Below, piece by piece: positions 56,137-64,000 of a stretch of DNA of 64,000 nt. The first letter of the stretch is position 1; each line of letters opens with the position of its first letter. The notes under the pieces are model-generated. The model searched no databases. It saw nothing but the letters and a program-made list of their open reading frames with translations, and had not been told where the DNA came from. The DNA comes from Candidatus Doudnabacteria bacterium (GTDB lineage: Bacteria; Patescibacteriota; Doudnabacteria; UBA920): NCBI GenBank assembly GCA_963768175.1, contig CAVYGQ010000001.1:702305-766304 (forward strand). Reading direction: 5' to 3'. Position numbers and translations under genes: made by a program.

Positions 56137-57135
56137 TTATTCCCCAGGCCTCAGCAGTATTTTCATGATGAATTCGGACTTTCGCTGAGCTGCTGCTAAA
56201 GCGTCCGAAAACTTGGATAGAGGGTAGCGATGGCTAATAAACGCATTCATGGTAGCTTGATGACCACCAATCATGGTTACGGCCATGCCGAACTCGTGGA
56301 ACGTATAAGCGTTTGAGCCTACTAGGCGAACTTCTTTGATGAAGAGGTCTCGAGCGACCAAGGGGTAGGTATAGCCGGCGCTAAAAACACCGAGCACGAC
56401 CACTGACCCCCCGGGCTTGGACATCTGTATAGCCTGGCTGAGAGTATTAGGCTGGGCTCTCCCCACCGTTTCGTACACAATATCGAAACTGCCCGGCGGG
56501 GATTCGGAAGTAAAGACCCGAGATCCCAATCCTTCAGCAAACCTTAAGTTTTCCGGATGGACTCCTTTAAGCCAAACGTTATGGCCTTGCTGCAAAAGAG
56601 CCCAGGAAAGCAGGCAGCCGACTGTCCCGTCGCCTATGACCAAACAATCTTTGGCGGACGGAAAGGTGCGGCCAAAACTGCACGCGTGCAGACACACCGC
56701 TAGGGGGTCTGCCAACACATAGGGTTCAATATCCAGAGAGGCCGGCAACAAGACGAGGTTTGTGAGCGGTGCATCCACATATTCCGCAAACGCCCCTCTG
56801 ATCGTGCGCCCGAGCGCCTGGCCTTGAATGCACAGATTGGTCATGCCGTTCTTGCACGCCTCGCACTCCCCGCAGGAAATAAGAGGCATGGCTGCCACTT
56901 GGTCACCTGTCTTGGCTTGGCTGCCCGTACCGTTGGTCGCGATGACAGTTCCCACAAATTCATGGCCAAGAATGATTGTATGTGACGTCGGAAGTTTGCC
57001 AGCTGACAACTTGGCAACATCAGTGCCGCACAAGCCGACAACAGCGACTTTGACTCTGGCCCACCGGGCCTTCAAAGCAGCTGCTTGCACTTCCACGTAC
57101 CCGATCCGACCGTTCAGAAAGGTCGCCGCTTTCAT
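56137..57135 (-). CDS. Zinc-dependent medium-chain dehydrogenase (threonine/sorbitol dehydrogenase-like)
   Basis: GHEFVGTV, structural-zinc CGECEACK, Rossmann GDGTVG. Confidence 0.85.
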   Translation of the reverse strand: MKAATFLNGRIGYVEVQAAALKARWARVKVAVVGLCGTDVAKLSAGKLPTSHTIILGHEFVGTVIATNGTGSQAKTGDQVAAMPLISCGECEACKNGMTNLCIQGQALGRTIRGAFAEYVDAPLTNLVLLPASLDIEPYVLADPLAVCLHACSFGRTFPSAKDCLVIGDGTVGCLLSWALLQQGHNVWLKGVHPENLRFAEGLGSRVFTSESPPGSFDIVYETVGRAQPNTLSQAIQMSKPGGSVVVLGVFSAGYTYPLVARDLFIKEVRLVGSNAYTFHEFGMAVTMIGGHQATMNAFISHRYPLSKFSDALAAAQRKSEFIMKILLRPGE

Positions 57136-58244
57136 TTGCTTTCTCCCATGATGGTTGCAAGGGCCTTTTGGCTCCCGCCGGTCGCGTCGATGAATTGCCT
57201 AAGTTTTTGGAGTCCGGTTTCGCTGCGGATTGTGTCTATGGCTAAGGCATAGCCTTGGCACAAATCCGCCGCCTTACTGGCCAAAACCAGAATGGCGGCC
57301 GCGTTGAGGGCAACCGTTTGCCCCCGCGGGCCGATTGCTTTTCCTGAGAGTACCTGAACCGACAGCTGGGCGTTCTCGATTAAGGAAAGCCCCGGCTGCA
57401 AATCGTCCGGTCCCGAACAGGAAGTCTGGGTCAGTGTGGTAGGAGAGAACTCCTCGATGGGTCCGGTTACGCCTTTCTCGATCCTGCCGAACCGGTTGCT
57501 GGAAAGCGTACTGAGCTCGTCGACATAGTGTATGTCGTCGCTGGTTGAGGTAACTACCATCACGTTCTTGTAACTGAGCATGCTGAATACTTCCAGTGCG
57601 AGTTTCAGATCGGGATGGGACAGCCCATAGAGAAGCGTTTCGCAGGCAACGGGGCTGATTATCGCCGGGAAGGCGAAACTCAGAGGCGTGGGTCCGAAGG
57701 CCTTGCCTCCGTAAACCCCGTCGAATTTCGGGATGGTGTCTTCGATCGAAAATATCCCGAATCCCGTCTGCTGTAAGACAGCGATCATCGCGTTGGTTTC
57801 CAGCAGGTTCACCCCGACCGTCTTGATGAGGTCGGTAGAACCGCCGATTGAAGAGGTCGCGGCCGAGCCCGTTTTGGCAACGAAAGCTCCGGCGGCGCTG
57901 GCAACAAAGCAAGCGGGAGTGGAAATGTTGAAAGTCTTCCATCCTTTTTTGCCGCTGCCGGCCACGCCGACGAGTTTCTCGTTGTGAGGCAGGTTCGGTT
58001 TGTACCGGGTCAGTCCGTCGATGTTCAGCGCGGTTCGTATCAAAGCTACAATCTCCTGAGAGGTGGGTCCCTTGACCATCAATCCCATCAGGAACGACCC
58101 GAGCTGCGCATCACGCGCTTTGACTTGGGGGCTTGTCAGAATCAGCTCAAACGCCCTTGTCACGAGGTCAAGGTCCACCGGCGCGCCGATGTTGAGCCGG
58201 TAAAAGACCTCGGCTATTTCGAGGTTGGGATTTTTCTGTTCCAC
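57132..58244 (-). CDS. Glycosyltransferase family 3 protein (anthranilate phosphoribosyltransferase TrpD-like / nucleoside phosphorylase fold)
   Basis: N-terminal helical domain ...AQLGSFLMGLMVKGPTSQEIVAL.... GT3 core GVAGSGKKGWKTFNISTPACFVASAAGAFVAKTGSAATSSIGGSTDL. Probable true start is GTG at 58244, preceded by AAAGGAG; the ORF-track start at 58394 overlaps the upstream gene. Confidence 0.65.
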   Translation of the reverse strand: MEQKNPNLEIAEVFYRLNIGAPVDLDLVTRAFELILTSPQVKARDAQLGSFLMGLMVKGPTSQEIVALIRTALNIDGLTRYKPNLPHNEKLVGVAGSGKKGWKTFNISTPACFVASAAGAFVAKTGSAATSSIGGSTDLIKTVGVNLLETNAMIAVLQQTGFGIFSIEDTIPKFDGVYGGKAFGPTPLSFAFPAIISPVACETLLYGLSHPDLKLALEVFSMLSYKNVMVVTSTSDDIHYVDELSTLSSNRFGRIEKGVTGPIEEFSPTTLTQTSCSGPDDLQPGLSLIENAQLSVQVLSGKAIGPRGQTVALNAAAILVLASKAADLCQGYALAIDTIRSETGLQKLRQFIDATGGSQKALATIMGESK

Positions 58245-58255
58245 TGGGCGCTCCT

Positions 58256-59314
58256 TTAGCTTTCCTTCCACAACTCGCAGAGCTGGAAAAGATGCTGGGC
58301 GTAGTCGAGCTTGATCGCGTGCCAGAGCTTGGACTGCTTGCGGCACTCCTCGTAGGCCTCTTTGATCCGGTCGTTGCCGTAAAGGCTTGCCCACGCAATC
58401 ATCTGGTAGATGACGTTGGTTTCCGGAAATTGCGTTACCACTTCTCCGTGCTCGATCAGGGTCTTGATCTGCTCGGCCGGCATGCCAACGCTGATACCGG
58501 AGTCGCCGAAGCTTTTGGCCATTTTCGGATGGCCGTTAAAGCCCCGCATCACTCCGGAGTACATGGCGGCGTAATGCTTGCCCTGAAACCATTCGGGGTG
58601 TTGCTCGGCTGCCCCTTTGACGGCGAGCCGGCCGAAATTGACGTACTTGTGCTCGTCTATCCCCAAAACCACCAGCACGGCTTTGAATCCGCCGTGGCTG
58701 AGAAGTTCGAGGAAGTCGGCGATCATGAGGTTGAGCGACAGCTTCCGCCGGTAGCTCATCAGAGGGTCGACCTTGCCGCTGCGGGAGTAAAAATCGTGCA
58801 TGTCTTCCTCGGCCGCATCGAACATCTCGTCCTGCATGTAGTGGCCGATGAGGTAGGCCAGCCGCAGGGTCGTCAGGGAATCGTACTGGTTCCGCAGTGA
58901 GTTGGGAGGCGCCTGATTGAACCCGAGGTTGAGAATAAACCTCCGGTAGCAATCAGCCAATTTGCGCGTGTAATCCAGCCCTTTGGATCTGCCGTTGTAG
59001 GCATCGAGGTCGCCCAGAACGATCTGAACGGGAATTCCGTTCCGTTGCAGGCGCAACACGCGCAGGATCTGCCCGAGAGTCCCGGCGTGGGGAACCCCGG
59101 ACATGCCGAAGCCCGTTGAGACGGTGACGTTTTGTCCGGCCTGGCTTGCTTCCGCAAATGCCCGGCCGTTCATATGACACAGCCAGAGCCGCTGCAAATC
59201 CTCCCTGGCCATTTGGCCCAGGGAGAAAGTGATCTGCTCGAACTCCAGCGGGCTGTAGCCGAACTCTGCCATCACTTTTCCGTAATACTCGGGACCGAAG
59301 TCCACATCACTCAT
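58256..59314 (-). CDS. Class I aminoacyl-tRNA-synthetase paralog, TrpRS-like, with degenerate HIGH motif (HAGT)
   Basis: TVSTGFGMSGVPHAGTLGQIL...IVLGDLDAYNG aligns to the TrpRS HIGH-region layout. KMAKS in place of KMSKS. 352 aa. Confidence 0.55.
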   Translation of the reverse strand: MSDVDFGPEYYGKVMAEFGYSPLEFEQITFSLGQMAREDLQRLWLCHMNGRAFAEASQAGQNVTVSTGFGMSGVPHAGTLGQILRVLRLQRNGIPVQIVLGDLDAYNGRSKGLDYTRKLADCYRRFILNLGFNQAPPNSLRNQYDSLTTLRLAYLIGHYMQDEMFDAAEEDMHDFYSRSGKVDPLMSYRRKLSLNLMIADFLELLSHGGFKAVLVVLGIDEHKYVNFGRLAVKGAAEQHPEWFQGKHYAAMYSGVMRGFNGHPKMAKSFGDSGISVGMPAEQIKTLIEHGEVVTQFPETNVIYQMIAWASLYGNDRIKEAYEECRKQSKLWHAIKLDYAQHLFQLCELWKES

Positions 59315-59506
59315 AGAACTTTCCTCCTCAGGAATGGAACGTACTTCATAGCAGGCTTTCTGCCTACTAAAAAGCCCCTTCTATACACTCAATAAATTGG
59401 GCTTTTTAATGTGCAGACGGGCTTGTTTTTGACCCTAAATTATAATGAATTTTAGAAATTATTACAAGTGCCTAAATACTTCAAGTAATTCCCATGGTAT
59501 GATTAG

Positions 59507-60778
59507 TTGATGGATACAAAAATCAACTTATTAAACTGGGTTAAAAAATACGACATTTGGCTAATTATACTTTTAGCCTTTTTGGTGCGGATAATCGGCT
59601 TTAGGTGGATGGGTTATACCAACTTTCCGGAATTTTACCGTGACTACTATATGGTCAGCCATATTGCGCACGGCACGGTTGTTTTGCTCGGGCCCCCTTC
59701 CATGCTCCACGGCTTCCACTTTGGCCCGTTTTACTATTATTCCTTGCTACCATTTTATTTGCTGTTTGGGGGGCATCCGTTTGGCCTGATCTTTACCGGA
59801 ATTGTCTTTTCCGTATTAAGCGTTTATGCTCTTTTTAAAGTTTTACTATTATGGTCGGGTAGCCGCGCCGCGGCATTGGTAGGCGCCCTGTTTATGGCGC
59901 TTTCCGTCTACAGCCTGCATTTGGCTTCCTATGTTTCCAATCCTAATTTCCTGCCGTTGTTTGTGCTGTGGTACTTTTACTATTTGACCAAAATATTAAC
60001 CGGCGACAAGCCGACGGACTATGTTTATTTGGGGCTCGCTTTCGGGCTTAGCACCCAACTTCATGCTACGGCCATGATAGTATTACCGCTAGTGACCCTG
60101 ACCGCGCTGATTTTGCATAAATACCGGCCCCGACTAAAAACTTCCGGCATTTTTTTTGCGGCCGCGGTTTTTACCTATTTACCCTATTTATTTTACGAGT
60201 TTACCCACCACTTTGAAAATTTTAGGCGCCTGTTTATTTTAGGCACCAAAGAGTTGGCTGGCGGCCGTTATGCCTCGGGACTTAACGCGATCTGGAACTT
60301 TTTCCAGGGGACCCTAACGCCGTTTAACTATTGGTATGGCTATAGCAACATCCAGCCGAATATTTTATATTTGGTTGTTGCCATATTCGCTGTGGTCGCG
60401 CTGATTATGCTGCTATATAGAATTTTTATAAAGCGCCGGCCCGCACAGGCTTGCTTTAAAATTTCCAAAACGGGGTATTCCATAATTTTATCCTGGATAA
60501 TTTTTACCTGCGCCGTTTTGCTGCTGTTTGCCCGAGGTGTCCATGACCACTATATTATTATTCTCTGGCCGGTACCGATGATAATTCTAACTTACGCGGT
60601 TTTTTGGATGAAAGCCAGATTTAATGTTTTTGCCTCACTGCTCGCCCTGATTATAGTTACTTCCCTGCTGCAAATTTATTCCTTTTACCAATCCGGCCAT
60701 ACCCCCTGGTCGGAATTTATGCCGACCTACCAAAAGCAATACCAAAATGCCCCGGGGGTTTCGGAAATCGGTTCATAG
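59507..60778 (+). CDS. Polytopic membrane protein, putative glycosyltransferase (ArnT/PMT/GT39-like)
   Basis: 423 aa, ~10 TM helices. Architecture only. Confidence 0.4.
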   Translation: MMDTKINLLNWVKKYDIWLIILLAFLVRIIGFRWMGYTNFPEFYRDYYMVSHIAHGTVVLLGPPSMLHGFHFGPFYYYSLLPFYLLFGGHPFGLIFTGIVFSVLSVYALFKVLLLWSGSRAAALVGALFMALSVYSLHLASYVSNPNFLPLFVLWYFYYLTKILTGDKPTDYVYLGLAFGLSTQLHATAMIVLPLVTLTALILHKYRPRLKTSGIFFAAAVFTYLPYLFYEFTHHFENFRRLFILGTKELAGGRYASGLNAIWNFFQGTLTPFNYWYGYSNIQPNILYLVVAIFAVVALIMLLYRIFIKRRPAQACFKISKTGYSIILSWIIFTCAVLLLFARGVHDHYIIILWPVPMIILTYAVFWMKARFNVFASLLALIIVTSLLQIYSFYQSGHTPWSEFMPTYQKQYQNAPGVSEIGS

Positions 60779-60785
60779 ACGCCAA

Positions 60786-60832
60786 CAAGGGGCATCCTTT
60801 CGCGGCGAAAGGATGCCCCTTGTTTGATTTTG
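60786..60832 (+). terminator. Rho-independent terminator
   Basis: caaggggcatcctttcgcggcgaaaggatgccccttg followed by tttgattttg. Confidence 0.65.
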
Positions 60833-60863
60833 ATTAGACCTAATTATTGTATATAATACTCAT

Positions 60864-61349
60864 ATGCCACCGACAAAATTTAAAAATTTAGGCGTAAAAA
60901 AGAAGGGTTTCCCACATAAACCCGACAAGCATATCTTGGAAAGCTTCCAAAACCTACACCAAAACCAGCTATATTTAGTCTCTTTAGTATGCACAGAATT
61001 TACCTCCATTTGCCCCATTACGGGCCAGCCGGATTTTGGCAAATTTGAAATTGTTTACGTTCCCGACAAAAAAATAGTGGAGTCCAAATCTTTAAAGCTT
61101 TATTTGTTTTCTTTCCGCGACCACGGCGAGTTTCACGAAGACGCTACAAACCGGATTTTTCAGGACTTGTGGGAGCTAATACAACCAAAATTTATGCGCA
61201 TTATCGGCGACTTTAACGTCCGCGGCGGCATAGCTATTAAACCTCTAGTGCAAAAGTTCTCTGCCGAGGCCAAAAGACACCGGCAGGAAATTTTAGATAT
61301 GCTGGCTGGCTGGGACAATACTAACGGTAAACCGTTTACCATCGTTTAA
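60864..61349 (+). CDS. queF: NADPH-dependent 7-cyano-7-deazaguanine (preQ0) reductase
   Basis: QueF motif ...VESKSLKLYLFSFRD... (E-x-K-S-x-K-L-Y). Catalytic Cys context ICPITGQPDF. Confidence 0.8.
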   Translation: MPPTKFKNLGVKKKGFPHKPDKHILESFQNLHQNQLYLVSLVCTEFTSICPITGQPDFGKFEIVYVPDKKIVESKSLKLYLFSFRDHGEFHEDATNRIFQDLWELIQPKFMRIIGDFNVRGGIAIKPLVQKFSAEAKRHRQEILDMLAGWDNTNGKPFTIV

Positions 61350-61377
61350 AATACAGGCTAGCCCATACTATAAAATT

Positions 61378-61890
61378 ATGGATAGAAAAATTTTAAAAGT
61401 GACCGTTGCTGCGCTAGCTTCGGCTTATTTTTTTTCTTGCATAGCCAACCCCGGGCAATGGCATTTTATTGACGGGGTTAATTTGTTGGTCCACGAAGGC
61501 GGCCATGTAATTTTTTCCCCATTTGGGATGTTCCTGTATATTCTGGGAGGCAGTCTAACGCAGGTCTTGGTGCCTTTGCTGTTTGTTTTTTACTTTTTTC
61601 ATTTCGGCCAAAAATATTCCGCCAGTCTGACGCTTTTTTGGGTGGGGGAAAGTTTGCTGAATGTTTATCTTTACGCGGCGGACGCACAAAAAATGCAGCT
61701 GCAGCTGCTGTTCGGCGATAACTCTATCCATGACTGGAACTGGCTGCTTATTTATACCGGACAGCTTCACCATACCAAAGGCATTGCAACATCTATTGAA
61801 ATTTTGGGAATTATTGCCATTATTATGGCGGCATGCGGGGCATTTTATTTTGCATGGACGCAAAAAAACCAGTTACAACGAGACCTATGA
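61378..61890 (+). CDS. Small polytopic membrane protein with HEGGH (HExxH) motif; putative membrane metalloprotease
   Basis: 170 aa, 4-5 TM helices, LLVHEGGHVIF. Confidence 0.35.
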   Translation: MDRKILKVTVAALASAYFFSCIANPGQWHFIDGVNLLVHEGGHVIFSPFGMFLYILGGSLTQVLVPLLFVFYFFHFGQKYSASLTLFWVGESLLNVYLYAADAQKMQLQLLFGDNSIHDWNWLLIYTGQLHHTKGIATSIEILGIIAIIMAACGAFYFAWTQKNQLQRDL

Positions 61891-62968
61891 TTAGTAAATC
61901 TAAACTGATTTTAGCCATAGAAACCAGCTGCGACGAAACAGCCGCTGCGGTTTTGTCATATACCCCCCCTTTAATCCCCCCCTTTTTAAGGGGGGAAACA
62001 GGGGGGGTTGGCCAAAAATAAAAACCTTATCCTCGGTGGTCAAATCCCAAATTCCCATCCACAAATTGTTTGGCGGGGTGGTGCCGGAAGCGGCGGCACG
62101 GGCGCATGTCAAAAATATTTTACCAGTTGTGGAAAAAGCCCTATCTACCAGCCACTGTTCATTATCCACTATTGATTATATTGCCGTTACCCAAGGACCG
62201 GGGCTTATCCCATCACTAATTGTCGGCGTGGAATTTGCCAAGGCGCTGTCGCTGGCAACAAAAAAACCCATAATCCCGGTAAACCACATGCTGGGGCACC
62301 TATACTCGCCTTTTGGCCGCCTACAAGCTACTAGCTACAAGCTACAAGCTAACTTGTTCCCGATTATATCCCTGATAGTTTCCGGCGGGCATACCATTTT
62401 AACGCTAATGGAAAATGAAAAAAAATACAAAGTCCTCGGACAAACCGTGGACGACGCCGCAGGCGAATCTTTTGATAAGATAGCCAAACTTTTAGCCCTC
62501 TCCTACCCTGGCGGGCCCCAAGTCAGCCGGCTGGCGGAAAAATCAAAATCCCATATCCAGTTTCCCAGACCGATGATAAATAGCAAAGATTACAATTTTT
62601 CTTTTTCCGGACTGAAAACCGCCGTGCTGTATTATCTGCGCGATAACTCAAAGACAAAAAAAGAAGATGTCTGCAAAGCTTTCCAAGACGCAGCTGTTGA
62701 CGTACTGGTATCCAAAACCCTGCGCGCGGTAAAAGAATACGGCGCCAAATCCGTTAGCCTATCGGGCGGCGTGGCCGCTAATAAAGCTTTACGAAAGGCC
62801 TTAAAGCTTAAATCTGAAATCTTTAATTTAAGTTTTTTTGTTCCCCAAAAAAACTTATGCACGGACAACGCCGAAATGGTAGGCCTGGCCGCGGCTTTTA
62901 TGCTCCATAACGGATTTAAACCAAAAAATTATCGGCAAATAAAAGCCGACTCCAACCTTGAACTTTAA
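61887..62968 (+). CDS. tsaD: tRNA N6-adenosine threonylcarbamoyltransferase TsaD (Kae1/YgjD family), interrupted by a palindromic G/C element with an apparent frameshift
   Basis: N-terminus MISKSKLILAIETSCDETAAAVL (61887...) and body ...LFGGVVPEAAARAHV... (from 62036) both match TsaD. They are separated by element 61961-62012, with a TAA stop at 62019 and a frame change. The homopolymer runs (C8, C7, G6, G7) make a sequencing/assembly frameshift plausible. Confidence 0.7.
61961..62012. repeat. G-run/C-run palindromic element ccccccctttaatccccccctttttaaggggggaaacagggggggttgg inside tsaD
   Basis: Inverted C-runs and G-runs. Encodes TPPLIPPFLRGETGGVGQ in the upstream frame. Confidence 0.6.
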
Positions 62969-63029
62969 TTCTCGATGGTTTATACTATATATAAGCTTAT
63001 GTTTTGGCCGTCACCAAAATAAAAAGCGC

Positions 63030-63220
63030 CGGAAGAAAACAGCCCATAAATGGGCACGCTACAACCCGCACAATGTAGCGCGCCGATTTATCGGCCTGCA
63101 TTAGACCCGGCCGGCAGTCAGCCGTTATCTGATAAAATTAAGTCCGCCAATTGACGGAAATTTGAGATGGTACCGCCCGCGAGGGTTCTCAAGCACCACT
63201 TTGTGGTGTTTTTGTTTACA
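63030..63220 (+). ncRNA. Candidate structured RNA element between tsaD and nnr (unclassified)
   Basis: GC-rich block in an AT-rich spacer ending with hairpin caccactttgtggtg plus TTTTT. Contains a GGTACCGC segment. No ORF. Confidence 0.2.
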
Positions 63221-63305
63221 TATATCTATAATATAGAAAACAATCCGCTGACCTGTCCGCCGAAGCTTTAGCGAAGGCGGAAGCCTCAACCTAAGCGGAT
63301 AAATT

Positions 63306-64000
63306 TATGAACTATCCGATTATCAACAAAAAAATCATCAAACAACTCCGTTTGCCCAAACCCCGCTCCCATAAACGCGACAACGGCCGGCTGCTGATTA
63401 TTGCCGGCAGCGATAAATATTTTGGCGCCATGATATATGCAATTAAAATCGCTTCACGATTAGTTGATTTGGTTTATTTGCTGACTACGCGGGAAAACCA
63501 AAAGCTCGTTGCAAAATTAAAAATCCAAACCGCGGAATTTATGCCTATAAAAAGTTTTTCCAATTTCCCTCTCCCTCGAGGGAGAGGGCAGGGTGAGGGG
63601 GTAACAAGCGAAGTTGATTGCATTCTAGCCGGCCCGGGTATGGGAATATCGGCCAACACCAAACGATTAGTCTTACAAGTTCTAAAGTCCGACAAAAAAG
63701 CCGTGCTGGATGCCGATGCCTTAAATGTCTTAGACGACAAGCTTAAAAAATACCTTTCTCCATCGCACATTCTCACCCCTCACCATAAAGAATTTTATCG
63801 ATTATTCAGAATTCAAGCCACGACACAAAACGCGTCAAAAATGGCGAAAAAATATCACTGCCACATTGCGCTGAAAGGTCCGGTTGATATTATTGCCGAG
63901 CCAGATGGAAAAGTTGCTTTAAATAAGACCGGAAATGCCGGCATGACCAAAGGCGGCACCGGCGACGTTTTAGCCGGGCTCATTGCCGGATTATACTGCA
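63306..64000 (+). CDS. nnr: ADP/ATP-dependent NAD(P)H-hydrate dehydratase (YjeF C-terminal / Nnr family), runs off window end; contains an in-frame palindromic insert
   Basis: ...LLIIAGSDKYFGA..., GGTGDVLAG motif. Insert ccctctccctcgagggagagggcagggtgaggggg at 63565-63606 encodes FPLPRGRGQGEGV. Confidence 0.7.

Noticed and set aside
57274-58952. Arg-rich ORFs (57274-57942, 58292-58900, 58536-58952, 58953-59180 and others) within the GC-rich island
   Set aside because: High GC generates long alternative-frame ORFs. They overlap the better-supported TrpD-like and TrpRS-like genes, which carry recognisable motifs.
1-64000. CRISPR arrays
   Set aside because: No regularly spaced direct repeats with unique spacers were seen. 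The repeats present are palindromic insert elements, tandem coding repeats and AT-rich promoter motif arrays.

Overview
The window looks like a low-GC (~45-47%), small-gene bacterial genome, possibly CPR/Patescibacteria-like (phylum assignment is a guess). The housekeeping backbone contains pilB-pilC, uvrA, uvrC, secG, an Opp-like substrate-binding protein, tRNA-Leu, RNase J, trpS, a PGM/PMM-family mutase, ychF, rpsF-ssb-rpsR, efp, gdhA, trxB, htrA, clpP, nusA, ymdB, rny, queF, tsaD and nnr. Several things stand out from this backbone:
- Discrete GC-rich (~55-60%) islands, all apparently inserted:
  - an islet carrying a PEP-CTERM-tagged protein;
  - an IS1595-family IS plus two orphan ORFs lying between uvrA and uvrC;
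  - a dockerin-like/FN3 cassette between two giant surface-protein genes (one FN3/poly-Gly, one with about 9 Big_2 domains) that share a conserved C-terminal domain;
  - a tightly packed six-gene minus-strand operon (kinase-like, TyrRS, HAD, Zn-ADH, TrpD-family, TrpRS-like paralog with a degenerate HIGH motif) with its own terminator.
- A duplicated ~400-bp module (GIY-YIG nuclease gene plus conserved leader). One copy abuts the 3' CCA end of tRNA-Glu; degenerate tRNA-3'-like remnants flank two cargo blocks, suggesting serially integrated elements.
- Many short palindromic elements inserted in frame into essential genes (uvrA, uvrC twice, PGM, ychF, ymdB, tsaD, nnr), with intergenic relatives. 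They fall into two sequence families, a G-run/C-run 'GGGGAGG' type and a 'CGAAGCGA / TCGGAATGAC' type. The tsaD copy coincides with an apparent frameshift.
- Candidate ncRNAs or regulatory structures: a promoter- and terminator-bounded ~285-nt GC-rich element upstream of trpS, twin hairpins with identical loops after uvrA, and a start-codon-occluding palindrome at rpsF.
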